DNA from: Reichenbachiella sp.
Lineage (GTDB): Bacteria > Bacteroidota > Bacteroidia > Cytophagales > Cyclobacteriaceae
Assembly (NCBI GenBank): GCA_965222305.1
Contig: OZ244943.1
Coordinates: forward strand, 3,974,258 to 4,038,257
Length of the DNA: 64,000 nt
Direction of reading: 5' to 3'
The notes below the pieces were generated by a model. The model was not told where the DNA came from, made no database searches, and saw only the letters and a list, made by a program, of their open reading frames with translations. Below are positions 38,479 to 48,541 of the stretch, in pieces. Every line of letters begins with the position of its first letter. Position 1 is the stretch's first letter. Made by a program: the position numbers and the translations under genes.

Positions 38479-39243
38479 TCATTGCTCGTTCAATGACCAG
38501 TCGTACTTTTTGAATGTTTTCCGGGCATCTTCATGGATGGTGACCGGAGCATATTGGTTCAGGTATTCGACAAGGCTACCTTCTTTAGTAAAGTCGCCCT
38601 GGTACCAGCTAAAAATTTTTGACAATTCCATCTCGTCCTTCGTGATTCTGTTTTTATCCGGGTTGGCCAGAAAGGTACGTGCCTGATCTGTCAATTGCTG
38701 TTCTAGCCGAGCGGCATCATAGGCCTCGTTTCTAAGCTTGGGACAAGACCTGGCAGCACACACCAGAGCAAAGTGTATTCTGGGTTCGTCGAAATTCTTC
38801 CTGATGATACTGTGCTCGATGTTATTAAGGGAAAGCTCCTGATCACCTATCTCAATAAACTTGATGTCCCAGGCTGTATTTACCAAAGGGATTTGTATCG
38901 CTGAGCCAATGTCTTTGATGCTGGCCACAGGATAGTAGTCTAAAATTAGGCGAATCGTAAAGGCGTTGTATGCGTTAATCCAGTAAGTGAGCTGTTCATC
39001 CTTTGTCCAGGTTTGGTCATTGGGTCCGTTTTCTTCCAGGAGCTTCAGGTACTCATTGAGTTTATCCCCCTCGCTTTGCAGCGCCCTATAGTCTACCCAT
39101 CCTTCATTATTTACGTATCTTTTTAGCAGTTCATCAAAAAGCGTGTGATCTATAGGGTCACTCCCTTTTTGCTGAGGGTTCATGCTTTGACATGCTGTCA
39201 ATACGATCAACAGGGATAAAGTAATGAAAAGGCTTTTTTTCAC
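38479..39243 (-). CDS. DUF547 domain lipoprotein
   Basis: Start moved to GTG 39243 (lipobox LTAC). YWINAYNAFTI, SLNNIEHSIIR and EPRIHFALVCAARSCPKL. Confidence 0.88.
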   Translation of the reverse strand: MKKSLFITLSLLIVLTACQSMNPQQKGSDPIDHTLFDELLKRYVNNEGWVDYRALQSEGDKLNEYLKLLEENGPNDQTWTKDEQLTYWINAYNAFTIRLILDYYPVASIKDIGSAIQIPLVNTAWDIKFIEIGDQELSLNNIEHSIIRKNFDEPRIHFALVCAARSCPKLRNEAYDAARLEQQLTDQARTFLANPDKNRITKDEMELSKIFSWYQGDFTKEGSLVEYLNQYAPVTIHEDARKTFKKYDWSLNEQ

Positions 39244-39334
39244 TTTTGTTAATTTCAATATCAAACACCAAATTCTATCGTAAAATTCATTTTTCCAATT
39301 TTCATTCTCACCATGAGAATATGGAGAAATAGAA

Positions 39335-39342
39335 TAAATTTG
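39335..39342 (+). promoter_or_regulatory. Bacteroidota sigma-A -7 element upstream of rpoN
   Basis: TAAATTTG, 25 nt before ATG 39368. Confidence 0.5.
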
Positions 39343-39367
39343 GAAACGATTTGTTTCAACTACCTGA

Positions 39368-40807
39368 ATGCAAAAACTCAATTTAATCCAAACCCTTGGG
39401 CAAAAGCTGTCACCGCAGCAAATCCAGTTTATCAAACTGCTGCAGGTACCCACGGCTGAGTTAGAAGCCCGGATCAAAGAAGAAATGGAGGAAAACCCTG
39501 CTCTGGAAGAAGGAAAGGAGGAGGTTTCAGAGGATGCGCAAAGTGAGGAAGACACGGTCGAGAACACCGACAATGATGAGCTGGACATAGACGACTATCT
39601 CGACGAGGATGATTTCTCTGGGTACAAGATGCAAGGTGATGGCAACTACCCGGAAGAGGATCGGGAGATGCCTATTTCGTCAGGGACTTCGCTACAGGAG
39701 CAACTGATCTCGCAGTTGGGATTTCTAAGACTGGATGAAACACAGGAGGCCATCGGGCGACAACTGATTGGCAGTATCGAATCAGACGGGTACATCCGCC
39801 GGGATCTGGAGGCCATCATGAATGATCTGGCGTTTTCTCAAAACATCGAAACTACGGTGGATGAGCTTGAGGAGATTCTATACAAAATCCAAGGGTTTGA
39901 CCCGCCCGGTATCGCTGCCAGGAGCTTGAAAGAGTGCCTGTTCATACAGCTTGAGAAGAAGGATGACGAGTCCCCAGAGATTCTGCTTGCCATGAAAATC
40001 ATCAACAATTGTTTTGATGAGTTTACCAAAAAGCACTTTGACAAAATAGAGAAGAAACTGGGTATAGAAGGAGAAGACCTGAAGGAAGCCATCAGCATCA
40101 TCACCAAACTCAACCCTAAGCCAGGAGGTACGACAGAAGACGGGCTCGTCAAGACTCAATACCTCATGCCCGATTTTATTCTCAAAAATAATAATGGCAA
40201 GCTGGAACTCACGCTCAATGCCAGGAATGCCCCGGAGCTCAGGGTAAGCAGGTCTTATGCGGATATGTTTCAGAGCTACAACAAGAGCGACAAAAAAGAC
40301 AAAAAGCTCAAAGAGACGGTCTCCTTTGTAAAGCAAAAACTGGACGCAGCCAAGTGGTTCATCGATGCGGTAAAGCAGCGTCAGCAGACTCTGCTGAATA
40401 CCATGAATGCCATCATCAAGTTTCAGTACGACTACTTCCAGGAAGGCGATGAATCCAAACTTCGCCCGATGATCCTCAAGGACATTGCCGAGTTGATACA
40501 AATGGATATTTCTACAGTATCCAGGGTAGCCAACAGCAAATCGATTCAAACGGAATTTGGCATATATCCGCTCAAATATTTCTTCTCTGAGGGCATCGCC
40601 ACTGACTCAGGTGAAGACGTGAGCAGCCGTGAGGTGAAACAAAAGCTGAAAAAATTTATTGATGAAGAGGACAAAGCCAAGCCTTTGTCGGATGACAAAT
40701 TAGAAAAATTGCTTAAGGCTGAGGGCTACAGCATAGCCAGACGGACTGTAGCCAAATACAGGGAGCAATTGAACCTGCCCGTAGCCAGGCTGAGAAAGGA
40801 ATTGTAG
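39368..40807 (+). CDS. rpoN: RNA polymerase sigma-54 factor
   Basis: Region I QKLSPQQIQFIKLLQ, HTH DISTVSRV and RpoN box ARRTVAKYRE. Confidence 0.97.
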   Translation: MQKLNLIQTLGQKLSPQQIQFIKLLQVPTAELEARIKEEMEENPALEEGKEEVSEDAQSEEDTVENTDNDELDIDDYLDEDDFSGYKMQGDGNYPEEDREMPISSGTSLQEQLISQLGFLRLDETQEAIGRQLIGSIESDGYIRRDLEAIMNDLAFSQNIETTVDELEEILYKIQGFDPPGIAARSLKECLFIQLEKKDDESPEILLAMKIINNCFDEFTKKHFDKIEKKLGIEGEDLKEAISIITKLNPKPGGTTEDGLVKTQYLMPDFILKNNNGKLELTLNARNAPELRVSRSYADMFQSYNKSDKKDKKLKETVSFVKQKLDAAKWFIDAVKQRQQTLLNTMNAIIKFQYDYFQEGDESKLRPMILKDIAELIQMDISTVSRVANSKSIQTEFGIYPLKYFFSEGIATDSGEDVSSREVKQKLKKFIDEEDKAKPLSDDKLEKLLKAEGYSIARRTVAKYREQLNLPVARLRKEL

Positions 40808-41415
40808 TGACAGAGAGGATCAGCAAAATCATAGCCTATGTGTTTCACCCATTGCTCATGCCCACGCTTACATTTGGGATGCTATACAGCTTTGCGCCTG
40901 AGCTGGTAATGCCTCTTTCGGTGCGGATGTTGCCTTTTCTTTTTTTCACAACTTGCCTCATCCCTATTGCGAGTATATCATTGATGAAATTGATGGGTCA
41001 GCTGGAGGATCTGCACATGATGGGCAGACGAGAAAGACGCACCCCCTTTATGATGGTGACTCTTTATTATGTAATGACCGCTTATCTCTTTGTTGTAAAA
41101 ATGCAGGTAAACCAGACCGTAGCGGTGATATTTGTTGCCTCTTCCGTGCTATTGATGCTTCTGACAGTCATCACATTTTGGTACAAAATCAGCATTCATT
41201 CAGCCGGCATCGGGGGATTGGCCGGCCTGTTTTTGGCTTTAGTTTTTACAAGCCCCAGCGAACCAATCAATATACTTTTCACATCTTCAGTCATTGCGAC
41301 GGGTGTAGTGATGAGCGCACGACTCAAAGTAGATGCTCATACCGCCGGTGAAGTCTGGACGGGAGCATTGGTGGGTTCTTCTCTTTTCTTTTTTGGATTG
41401 TACTATTTTGGCTAG
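40807..41415 (+). CDS. Hypothetical membrane protein (PAP2-like)
   Basis: About six TM segments; FHPLLMP, KISIHSAGIG and SARLKVDAHT motifs; 1-nt overlap with the rpoN stop. Confidence 0.75.
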   Translation: MTERISKIIAYVFHPLLMPTLTFGMLYSFAPELVMPLSVRMLPFLFFTTCLIPIASISLMKLMGQLEDLHMMGRRERRTPFMMVTLYYVMTAYLFVVKMQVNQTVAVIFVASSVLLMLLTVITFWYKISIHSAGIGGLAGLFLALVFTSPSEPINILFTSSVIATGVVMSARLKVDAHTAGEVWTGALVGSSLFFFGLYYFG

Positions 41416-42137
41416 AAGCCGGAAATAGAAATACCGATGGTAGAATAACTGGTATCCTCAGTGCCAGGAGGTCCCGAGTTAGTGAATACGTCCGTAAAGT
41501 ACCATTTGTAAAATACCCCGAACATCCCGATACCAAATCGGCCATAAGCTGAGAGTCTATTTCCAGAGGTATGAAAGTTGTCCTTGATTTTTTCCTTTAT
41601 CGTCTCACCTCCCACTTCATATTTGATTTTGGTCTTGTCATCAAATAAAAAGCCAAATGCACCCCCTACTGCTAGGTACATTCCTTTTTTGTCGTTACCA
41701 CGGAAATTGTATCTGAACTCAACGGGTATTTCCACAAAATTCAGGGATAGTTGACTTTTCACGGTGCTGCCGGGGATGTCTCTGAAACCTAGCGCTGTAC
41801 CTTGAAGCGAGTCGACGTAGATATAACCGACGGAATAAGGATCCTTAGTTCCCAGTTTTTCCAGACTCAATCCTATGCCGGGTCGGAACGACATTTTCTT
41901 ACTAAGATCAAATGGCTTAATAAAGTAGATGCCCACCGATTTGGATCTCCACCAATTCATGTCCATTTCGTCCGGGGCATTGTTGATAAGATTAAACCCA
42001 AAATCTACAGCAATTTCCCCTGGTATTTCCGGGGTTATCTTCTTCACTTCTTCTGACAATTGGCCTTTGCTGATGTAATGACCCAGGATCAAAATGGCCA
42101 TCAATAGTAGGAGCCTAACATTATTATTCAACCTCAT
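41412..42137 (-). CDS. Outer-membrane beta-barrel (porin family) protein
   Basis: Signal peptide from ATG 42137; FVEIPVEFRY strand; ends in ISISGF. Confidence 0.78.
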   Translation of the reverse strand: MRLNNNVRLLLLMAILILGHYISKGQLSEEVKKITPEIPGEIAVDFGFNLINNAPDEMDMNWWRSKSVGIYFIKPFDLSKKMSFRPGIGLSLEKLGTKDPYSVGYIYVDSLQGTALGFRDIPGSTVKSQLSLNFVEIPVEFRYNFRGNDKKGMYLAVGGAFGFLFDDKTKIKYEVGGETIKEKIKDNFHTSGNRLSAYGRFGIGMFGVFYKWYFTDVFTNSGPPGTEDTSYSTIGISISGF

Positions 42138-42164
42138 CAATATCGTTCTTGAAATTTCGACTGG

Positions 42165-42172
42165 CAAAGATA
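42165..42172 (-). promoter_or_regulatory. Bacteroidota sigma-A -7 element upstream of the beta-barrel gene
   Basis: TATCTTTG on the minus strand. It overlaps the track's TTG start at 42167, which favours ATG 42137. Confidence 0.55.
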
Positions 42173-42213
42173 GATTAATTTTGAAATTATTGATTTAACG
42201 ATCTGTTTATCTC

Positions 42214-42936
42214 CTACAATGCTGAATTGAGTAGGGAAAGTTGCCCTGCTTTTTTAAAGGATTTGGTTTTTAACACTTTGGAGAGAAGGGAGGCCTGCTT
42301 CATGTTGTGCGAATCAGAGCCTAAGAAATGAAACTGGTTGGAATTGATCAGATGCTCTGCGAGTTTTTTCGCCGCGGGCGAATAGTAACCTATGAGAGAC
42401 AGTAAATTAATCTGAAACAGAACGCCTGTTGACAGAATAGACTCAACCTGCTCAAAGTCCTCTTGAATGTATTGGTATCGCTCAGGGTGGGCAAGGATAG
42501 GCTTATAGCCCTGTGATTTGAGTCGAAAAATGGCATCATTAAAGAATGCCGGTTTGTTCATAAACCCCGTTTCGACCAGCAAATATTTGTCACCAAAAGT
42601 CAGTAAAGGAACTTCATCATCCACCCATTGTATAAACTGATCATCTAAAAAATACTCTGCCGCTGCATCGATTTCTATCTCTATGTTTTGCCTATCCAGT
42701 TCGGATCTAACTTCAGCGAGCTTAGTTCTTATTATCTCAGGACTATTGGGGTAGTAATTAGAAATGACATGAGGTGTGGTGATCAATTTTTTGTATCCCA
42801 ACTTTTTCAGTTCTTGAATTACGTTCATGCTTTCGGAGAGGGATTGCACCCCGTCATCTATCCCGGGTAGCAGATGGGAATGCATGTCAACTCTTAAAAA
42901 GTTGTCTGCTTGTGTCGACTTGAGCCATCGAAACAT
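42214..42936 (-). CDS. PHP-family tyrosine-protein phosphatase (CpsB/CapC type)
   Basis: DMHSHLLPGIDDG, ITTPH, LAHPERY and FLGSDSH; immediately after wzc. Confidence 0.9.
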   Translation of the reverse strand: MFRWLKSTQADNFLRVDMHSHLLPGIDDGVQSLSESMNVIQELKKLGYKKLITTPHVISNYYPNSPEIIRTKLAEVRSELDRQNIEIEIDAAAEYFLDDQFIQWVDDEVPLLTFGDKYLLVETGFMNKPAFFNDAIFRLKSQGYKPILAHPERYQYIQEDFEQVESILSTGVLFQINLLSLIGYYSPAAKKLAEHLINSNQFHFLGSDSHNMKQASLLSKVLKTKSFKKAGQLSLLNSAL

Positions 42937-42938
42937 GG

Positions 42939-45308
42939 TTAACCGATTCTAAAGAATTTCTTCAAGCGTGAGGGCTGCTCTCCATCCTCATAGTAGTTTT
43001 CTCCATAGCTGTAGCCATAGCCGTAGGAATATTGGCCGTTCGGCTTGACAGAGTTAAGGACTATTGACAGGTGGTCAAACTGATTGTTGGCAATGATTCT
43101 CTGTATCGATTTGACGTAGTTCTTTCTTGAGTACTCAGATCGCACCACATAGATCGGTAAGTCACTTTTCTTCATGACCAATATGCCGTCCGTGACCAGT
43201 CCTACAGGTGGCGTGTCCAATATGACCATATCATAGGCTTTCTTCAAATCCTCAATCAGCTGCTCAAAATGAGCACTTAGGATTAGTTCTGACGGATTGG
43301 GAGGAGTGGGACCAGCCTGAATATAATGGAGGTTTTCTATCTCAGACTCAGACACACATTCCTTAAATGAATGTCGGCCGATAAGTATGGTGCTTGTTCC
43401 CTTGTCTGATGCTTCATCGCCGAACGCCATATTGATCTTAGGCTTCCTCATGTCGAGATCAACAATGACCACTTTCTGACCAGAGTAGGCACAAATCGCT
43501 CCTAGGTTGACCGCTACAAATGTCTTGCCCTCCCCACTCACTGTGGAGGTTACGGAGATCAGCTTGTTATCCACATTGGAAGCGATAAAATCCATATTGG
43601 TTCGAATGGCCCTTAGAGATTCACTGATCGAAGACTTTGGGTTGTTGTTTACCACCAATCGTGTGATTTTCAATTTTTCTCGCATATACTTTGGCACCAC
43701 ACCCAACACTGGCGCCGTGGTTAGTTTTTCTAGTTCCTTTTGATTGGTGATTTTGTCATGCAGTATGTAGTTGATGATAAGGATTAAGGCACTAATAATG
43801 ACGCCTGCGATCAGGGCAATGCCGTAGATCAAGAATTTTTTGGGATGAATCGGGTCAGCAGGAAATGAGGCAGGAGAAAGAATAACAAAATTGGTGACTG
43901 TGCCAGCTTTAGCGATTTCCAGTTCGATCTTTCTTTTAATAAGTGAGAAGTAGAATTCCTCCTGTAGAGAATAGAGTCTTCGGTTTTTGTTGTAAGATGT
44001 GCCCATGGATGGCAGTTCGGTGAAGTTGTTTTCCAGCAAAGTTCTCTTATTGCTGAGTTCAGCCTGGTTTTTCAGCAGGTTCGTTTTGTACGACTCAAGG
44101 GCGGTAAGAGTGGCATCCCTGGCAAGACCTATTCTTTGGTTTATCCGCTGCATTACCTGAGTATTTTCTTTGTAATTATTAAGCTTTAACTCGCGCTCTT
44201 GCATCAAACTGGTGTACTCACCGATCATGCCGGCTATGTTGGAGGGTATCCTCGTATGAGCCAGCGACTGGTTGTCATTGATTTGAGTAGTAAGAAGATC
44301 TACTGCAGTGATCTGGTTTCTAATATAAAAGCGTTGAGAGTCCAGCTGATTCAGCAATTGAATAGTCTTGTTCAAATCCTGTGATAAATCCGTGGTACGA
44401 TGCTCAATAGTAAAGTTTTCGAAGTATGCTTCGTAAGCCTCAAGCTCTTGGGCAGTTTTAGCCATTTGATTATTTAAAAAATCTATTTTCTGTTCCCCAG
44501 CCAAGTTCTTAGCATTCTTTGTATAGGCCAGGTAGATAGTATCGATTGCTACTACCAGATCGTGGGCTTTGTATTGATTCGGATCAGAGAGGCTAACGCG
44601 AATAGTATTGGCATTGAAATTTACGGGCTCTACGGTTACATTGTTCTGAAAATAATCAATTATAGCTTCCTCACTGTTGAACACAAAATAGAAATCTACA
44701 AGACCTTTTTGCCCCTCAAACTGACTTGTCTTGGTAACAATCATATCTACCATTGAATTTTGGATGCGGTCGCCAAAACGATGTTTAGAACTCGAAGACC
44801 CCGGCAGGGTCATGGTAAACTCTGTGTCTGATTGAATGTCCAATTCGATTGGTTTATTTCTTATAGATTGATGTACATAGTCATACTTGACCAGGAATGG
44901 TGAATTTTTGTAGCGCTCGTCAACAAGGTGGCTTCTTCCGGGATGAAAGTAGGAGACGTCGAGCCCTACGGCATCTACCACCTGACTAAAGAATAGCCGC
45001 GATCTCAAGATTTCAATCTCGCCTGAAAGGCCCTTTATATCTTTTTCCAAAGGATTTTGAATGCCCAAAAGGCCAGCATCACTTTTAATATCGAGCTTGA
45101 GAATGGACTCTGAGCTGTAGATGGGCTTTGTATATCTGATATAAATATATGCACCGGCCAGGCACAGCAATACTACTACCAGTACCCAGGGAAAACCTTG
45201 CCTCGCAACCTGACTGATCTTACCAAAATCAATGGCATCAAGGGGGTTCTCATCTTCTTCGAGTTGTGAGGATCGGTCATGCAATATGTTTACTCGTCTC
45301 GGGTTCAA
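42939..45308 (-). CDS. wzc: Polysaccharide co-polymerase / BY-kinase Wzc
   Basis: Two TM segments around a large periplasmic region; Walker A STVSGEGKT, VDLDMRKP, ILDTPP and Tyr cluster YSYGYGYSYGENYY. Confidence 0.92.
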   Translation of the reverse strand: MNPRRVNILHDRSSQLEEDENPLDAIDFGKISQVARQGFPWVLVVVLLCLAGAYIYIRYTKPIYSSESILKLDIKSDAGLLGIQNPLEKDIKGLSGEIEILRSRLFFSQVVDAVGLDVSYFHPGRSHLVDERYKNSPFLVKYDYVHQSIRNKPIELDIQSDTEFTMTLPGSSSSKHRFGDRIQNSMVDMIVTKTSQFEGQKGLVDFYFVFNSEEAIIDYFQNNVTVEPVNFNANTIRVSLSDPNQYKAHDLVVAIDTIYLAYTKNAKNLAGEQKIDFLNNQMAKTAQELEAYEAYFENFTIEHRTTDLSQDLNKTIQLLNQLDSQRFYIRNQITAVDLLTTQINDNQSLAHTRIPSNIAGMIGEYTSLMQERELKLNNYKENTQVMQRINQRIGLARDATLTALESYKTNLLKNQAELSNKRTLLENNFTELPSMGTSYNKNRRLYSLQEEFYFSLIKRKIELEIAKAGTVTNFVILSPASFPADPIHPKKFLIYGIALIAGVIISALILIINYILHDKITNQKELEKLTTAPVLGVVPKYMREKLKITRLVVNNNPKSSISESLRAIRTNMDFIASNVDNKLISVTSTVSGEGKTFVAVNLGAICAYSGQKVVIVDLDMRKPKINMAFGDEASDKGTSTILIGRHSFKECVSESEIENLHYIQAGPTPPNPSELILSAHFEQLIEDLKKAYDMVILDTPPVGLVTDGILVMKKSDLPIYVVRSEYSRKNYVKSIQRIIANNQFDHLSIVLNSVKPNGQYSYGYGYSYGENYYEDGEQPSRLKKFFRIG

Positions 45309-45311
45309 TGT

Positions 45312-46091
45312 CTACAAATTTTGAAGGACAAGTACAAGTGCCAGTGTGCTGGACAATAAGCTCAGGACCGGTGTAATATCTTTGAGTGCCTCGAAGAATG
45401 GTCGTCGCCATGGTTCGATGTAGATGATATCTCCCGGCTCTATATCGAGCATGGAATCCCTCATTCCCGATATAGTGCTTAGATCCACTTGATAAACCCT
45501 TGGGCTGCTCAGATCACCTCTAAGGATTTTTATATTTTGGACTTTCGATCCCATCTGTGGCCCTCCCGCTACTGCCAGTATTTCTACAAGACTTAGGTTT
45601 TCATTGACCAGCGGAATGACTTGACCTCCAAGAGCGCCTAGCACTACTACTCTTTTATTGGAATACTCTAACCTTACAAACGAATCTTTGTAGTATTCAT
45701 CATATTTTTCCTGTAATAATTTTTCCGCTTGATTGAGTGTGAGGCTGTCTATCTTTATTTGACCAATTATTGGAAACTTCGCGGTCCCGTCAATCTGTAC
45801 CAGATAGGTAAGCTCTTTTTGCTGGCCCATATTATTTCTACCACCCAGCTCTCGCATCAATTCAAAATTGGGATCTACAATCCTCTCTCCTTTGTTTGTA
45901 TAAACATCAAGTGTGAGGTAATCATTTATTTGAATGACGTAGTTTCGCTCTGCCTGGGCAACGGCTATCGCCAGGTCACTTTCCGTGAAATCGTCATCCA
46001 GCTTAAACATGATGTCTTGCTTGTACATCTTACAAGAAGAAACAATGAGCAAGGCCAAGAAGAAAAAAGAGTGGACCGAGAGGTGTTTCAC
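45312..46091 (-). CDS. wza: Polysaccharide export lipoprotein Wza
   Basis: Lipobox VSSC; Poly_export motif YLVQIDGTAKFPIIG; SLBB region and IEPGDIIYIEP. Confidence 0.88.
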   Translation of the reverse strand: MKHLSVHSFFFLALLIVSSCKMYKQDIMFKLDDDFTESDLAIAVAQAERNYVIQINDYLTLDVYTNKGERIVDPNFELMRELGGRNNMGQQKELTYLVQIDGTAKFPIIGQIKIDSLTLNQAEKLLQEKYDEYYKDSFVRLEYSNKRVVVLGALGGQVIPLVNENLSLVEILAVAGGPQMGSKVQNIKILRGDLSSPRVYQVDLSTISGMRDSMLDIEPGDIIYIEPWRRPFFEALKDITPVLSLLSSTLALVLVLQNL

Positions 46092-46169
46092 AACTTACAG
46101 AATTAGAGCAAACAATGGGTTTAAGGTGGCTCTATATTTCAATTTGACTGGAAAATTAGTCAGAATGCA

Positions 46170-47291
46170 TTATTTTCCGACCTTTTGGTTTATAATATTT
46201 GATATCTGATCCAAATATTTGCGTATAACGATTTGCTCGTCAAATTTCTCTTCCACGAGCTTTCTTCCAACTTCACCCATAGTCGACCTTTGATTTTCAT
46301 CTAATTCCATCATGTTTTGGAGCTTATGGGCCAAGTCTTCTGAGTTCTTCACTTGGCACAGAAACCCATTTTCTCCTTGTAATACCACCTCCCTGCATCC
46401 CGGCACGTCGGTAGCTACTATTGGTTTGGCCAAGGCTGCTGCTTCTAGCAGTGTTTTGGGAGTTCCTTCCCGATAGGAAGGTAACACAATACAGTCTGCA
46501 TTGGCAATATATTCCCTGGGGTCATTCTGGGTGCCAAGATAGTTGATGATCCCGCTTTCATGCCAGGAATCCACTTCTTTTTTGGCAATGCCCCTTGTAT
46601 GACTTTCAACCACGGATCCAATAAGTTGAAATTCTACATTTGGGAGTCTACTCTTAATAGTAGCAGCAGCCTCAGCGTATTCGTAGATTCCTTTTTCCAC
46701 GATGACACGGGCAATAAGTAGGAATACAAAATTGCCTGACCGCTGGATTGGAATGGGCTTGAACTGCTCCAAATCTATTCCGGAACCGGGTAGTAGATCC
46801 ATTTTCAGGTTTTTAAGTCCCGTGCCTGCCAGAAAATCCGTTTGATCATGGGGATTTTGAAAAAAAATCAGAGAGGCCCGGTGGAAAGAAATTTTGTAGA
46901 GAAACTTAGCTACAATGGAAGCAAGGCTGTGATCCAGAAACACAGTTCCCAGGCCACTTACATTGTTGATACAGGGGATTTTTAAACTGCTGGCTACCAA
47001 GGTACCATAGATGTTGGGCTTGATGGTGTAATGCAATACGATATCCGGCTTCACCCTTTTATAGATTGTTTTTAGACTGAGAAGTGTCCTCAAGTCACGT
47101 ATTGGGTTTGCACCTGTACCTGTTATGTCTACTGGTTCGAACGAGCACCCCAGCTCAACCAAAAAATTTGAGTAATCATCCTTGGGAGCGATGGCCACCA
47201 CTTCATCACCTCTTTTCAGCAGCGCCTTGATTAGGCCCTTTCTAAAATTGTAAATGTTCCAGGAAGTATTGATGACGATAGCTACTCGCAT
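46170..47291 (-). CDS. Glycosyltransferase family 4 (PglA/CapM-like)
   Basis: YNFRKGLI, HYTIKPNIYG, LPGSGIDL, EKGIYEY, VLPSYREGTPKTLLEAAA and ATDVPGCRE. Confidence 0.92.
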   Translation of the reverse strand: MRVAIVINTSWNIYNFRKGLIKALLKRGDEVVAIAPKDDYSNFLVELGCSFEPVDITGTGANPIRDLRTLLSLKTIYKRVKPDIVLHYTIKPNIYGTLVASSLKIPCINNVSGLGTVFLDHSLASIVAKFLYKISFHRASLIFFQNPHDQTDFLAGTGLKNLKMDLLPGSGIDLEQFKPIPIQRSGNFVFLLIARVIVEKGIYEYAEAAATIKSRLPNVEFQLIGSVVESHTRGIAKKEVDSWHESGIINYLGTQNDPREYIANADCIVLPSYREGTPKTLLEAAALAKPIVATDVPGCREVVLQGENGFLCQVKNSEDLAHKLQNMMELDENQRSTMGEVGRKLVEEKFDEQIVIRKYLDQISNIINQKVGK

Positions 47292-47368
47292 ACAAGGCGG
47301 ACAAAGGATTAAGAGTAAAACTAATTTAAATCACATTATTTGATCAATTTTGTAAAAAAATTGATGGG

Positions 47369-48538
47369 ATGGGTGACTATTATTTGACACAGAAGGAAAC
47401 AGAGAGAGCCGTGTTAGTGGCATTGTCAGGCAAAAACGACACACTTGACCGTACCACCGAATATCTCGATGAATTGGAATTTTTGGCCGAGACATTGGGT
47501 ATCAAAACTGTAAAGCGGTTCACGCAAAAACTGGACAAGCCGGATGTACGATCCTTTGTAGGAAAGGGCAAATTGGAGGAAATCATTACGTTCATCAAAG
47601 ACCAGGAAATCGATGTGATCATATTCGATGATGATTTGTCTCCATCTCAGCTACGAAATCTTGAGCGCGACCTTAAAATTAAGATCTACGACCGTAGTTT
47701 GCTTATTCTGGATATTTTCCTGAAAAGAGCCCAGACCTCCCAGGCGAAAACCCAGGTTGAGCTGGCGAGATACCAGTACCTGATGCCACGATTGACACGA
47801 ATGTGGACCCACCTTGAGCGGCAACGAGGAGGTACTGGGACAAGGGGTGGTGCCGGAGAGAAGGAAATAGAAACAGATAGAAGGAATATTAGAAACCAAA
47901 TTTCTGTCCTGAAAAAGAAGTTGGAAAAAATCGACAAACAGGGAGAAACCCGAAGAAAATCAAGAAGCAATGTGGTAAGAGTCGCCCTTGTCGGCTACAC
48001 CAATGTGGGAAAATCCACGATCATGAAAATTCTGTCTAAGGAGGACATTTATGCCAAGGACGAACTTTTCGCGACGGTGGACTCTACCGTCAGAAAAGTA
48101 GTGATCAATGCGGTTCCCTTTCTTCTATCAGATACAGTTGGATTCATCCGCAAGCTCCCTCACAATTTGATCGAGTCGTTTAAGTCTACTCTGGATGAGG
48201 TTCGAGAGGCCGATATTCTATTGCATGTGGTGGACATATCTCATCCCTCTTTTGAAGACCACATGAAGGTGGTGAACGATACTCTGGTTGAGATAGGCGC
48301 AACGAATAGCGAGCGCATTGTGGTATACAACAAAATCGACCAACTTGACAGTCAGTCAAATGGTCAGGATTTCGGATTTGTACAGGGAGTGGACACCACT
48401 TCTCAGAAAACCTCTAGCATATTTATATCGGCAATAAACAAGGAGAATATTGCTGAATTCAGAAAGATGCTTTTCGAAAAAGTCAAAAAACATCATCTTA
48501 AAATCTATCCTAATTACTTGGTACCTGAATACTACTGA
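47369..48538 (+). CDS. hflX: Ribosome-splitting GTPase HflX
   Basis: QVELARYQYLMPRL, GTRGGAGEKEIETDRR, GYTNVGKST, LFATVD, DTVGFIRKLPH and NKID. Confidence 0.96.
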   Translation: MGDYYLTQKETERAVLVALSGKNDTLDRTTEYLDELEFLAETLGIKTVKRFTQKLDKPDVRSFVGKGKLEEIITFIKDQEIDVIIFDDDLSPSQLRNLERDLKIKIYDRSLLILDIFLKRAQTSQAKTQVELARYQYLMPRLTRMWTHLERQRGGTGTRGGAGEKEIETDRRNIRNQISVLKKKLEKIDKQGETRRKSRSNVVRVALVGYTNVGKSTIMKILSKEDIYAKDELFATVDSTVRKVVINAVPFLLSDTVGFIRKLPHNLIESFKSTLDEVREADILLHVVDISHPSFEDHMKVVNDTLVEIGATNSERIVVYNKIDQLDSQSNGQDFGFVQGVDTTSQKTSSIFISAINKENIAEFRKMLFEKVKKHHLKIYPNYLVPEYY

Positions 48539-48541
48539 TTA

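Noticed and set aside
39244-39588. Ser-rich N-terminal extension of the DUF547 ORF
   Set aside because: It is the antisense shadow of the acidic rpoN region; the lipoprotein signal starts at GTG 39243.
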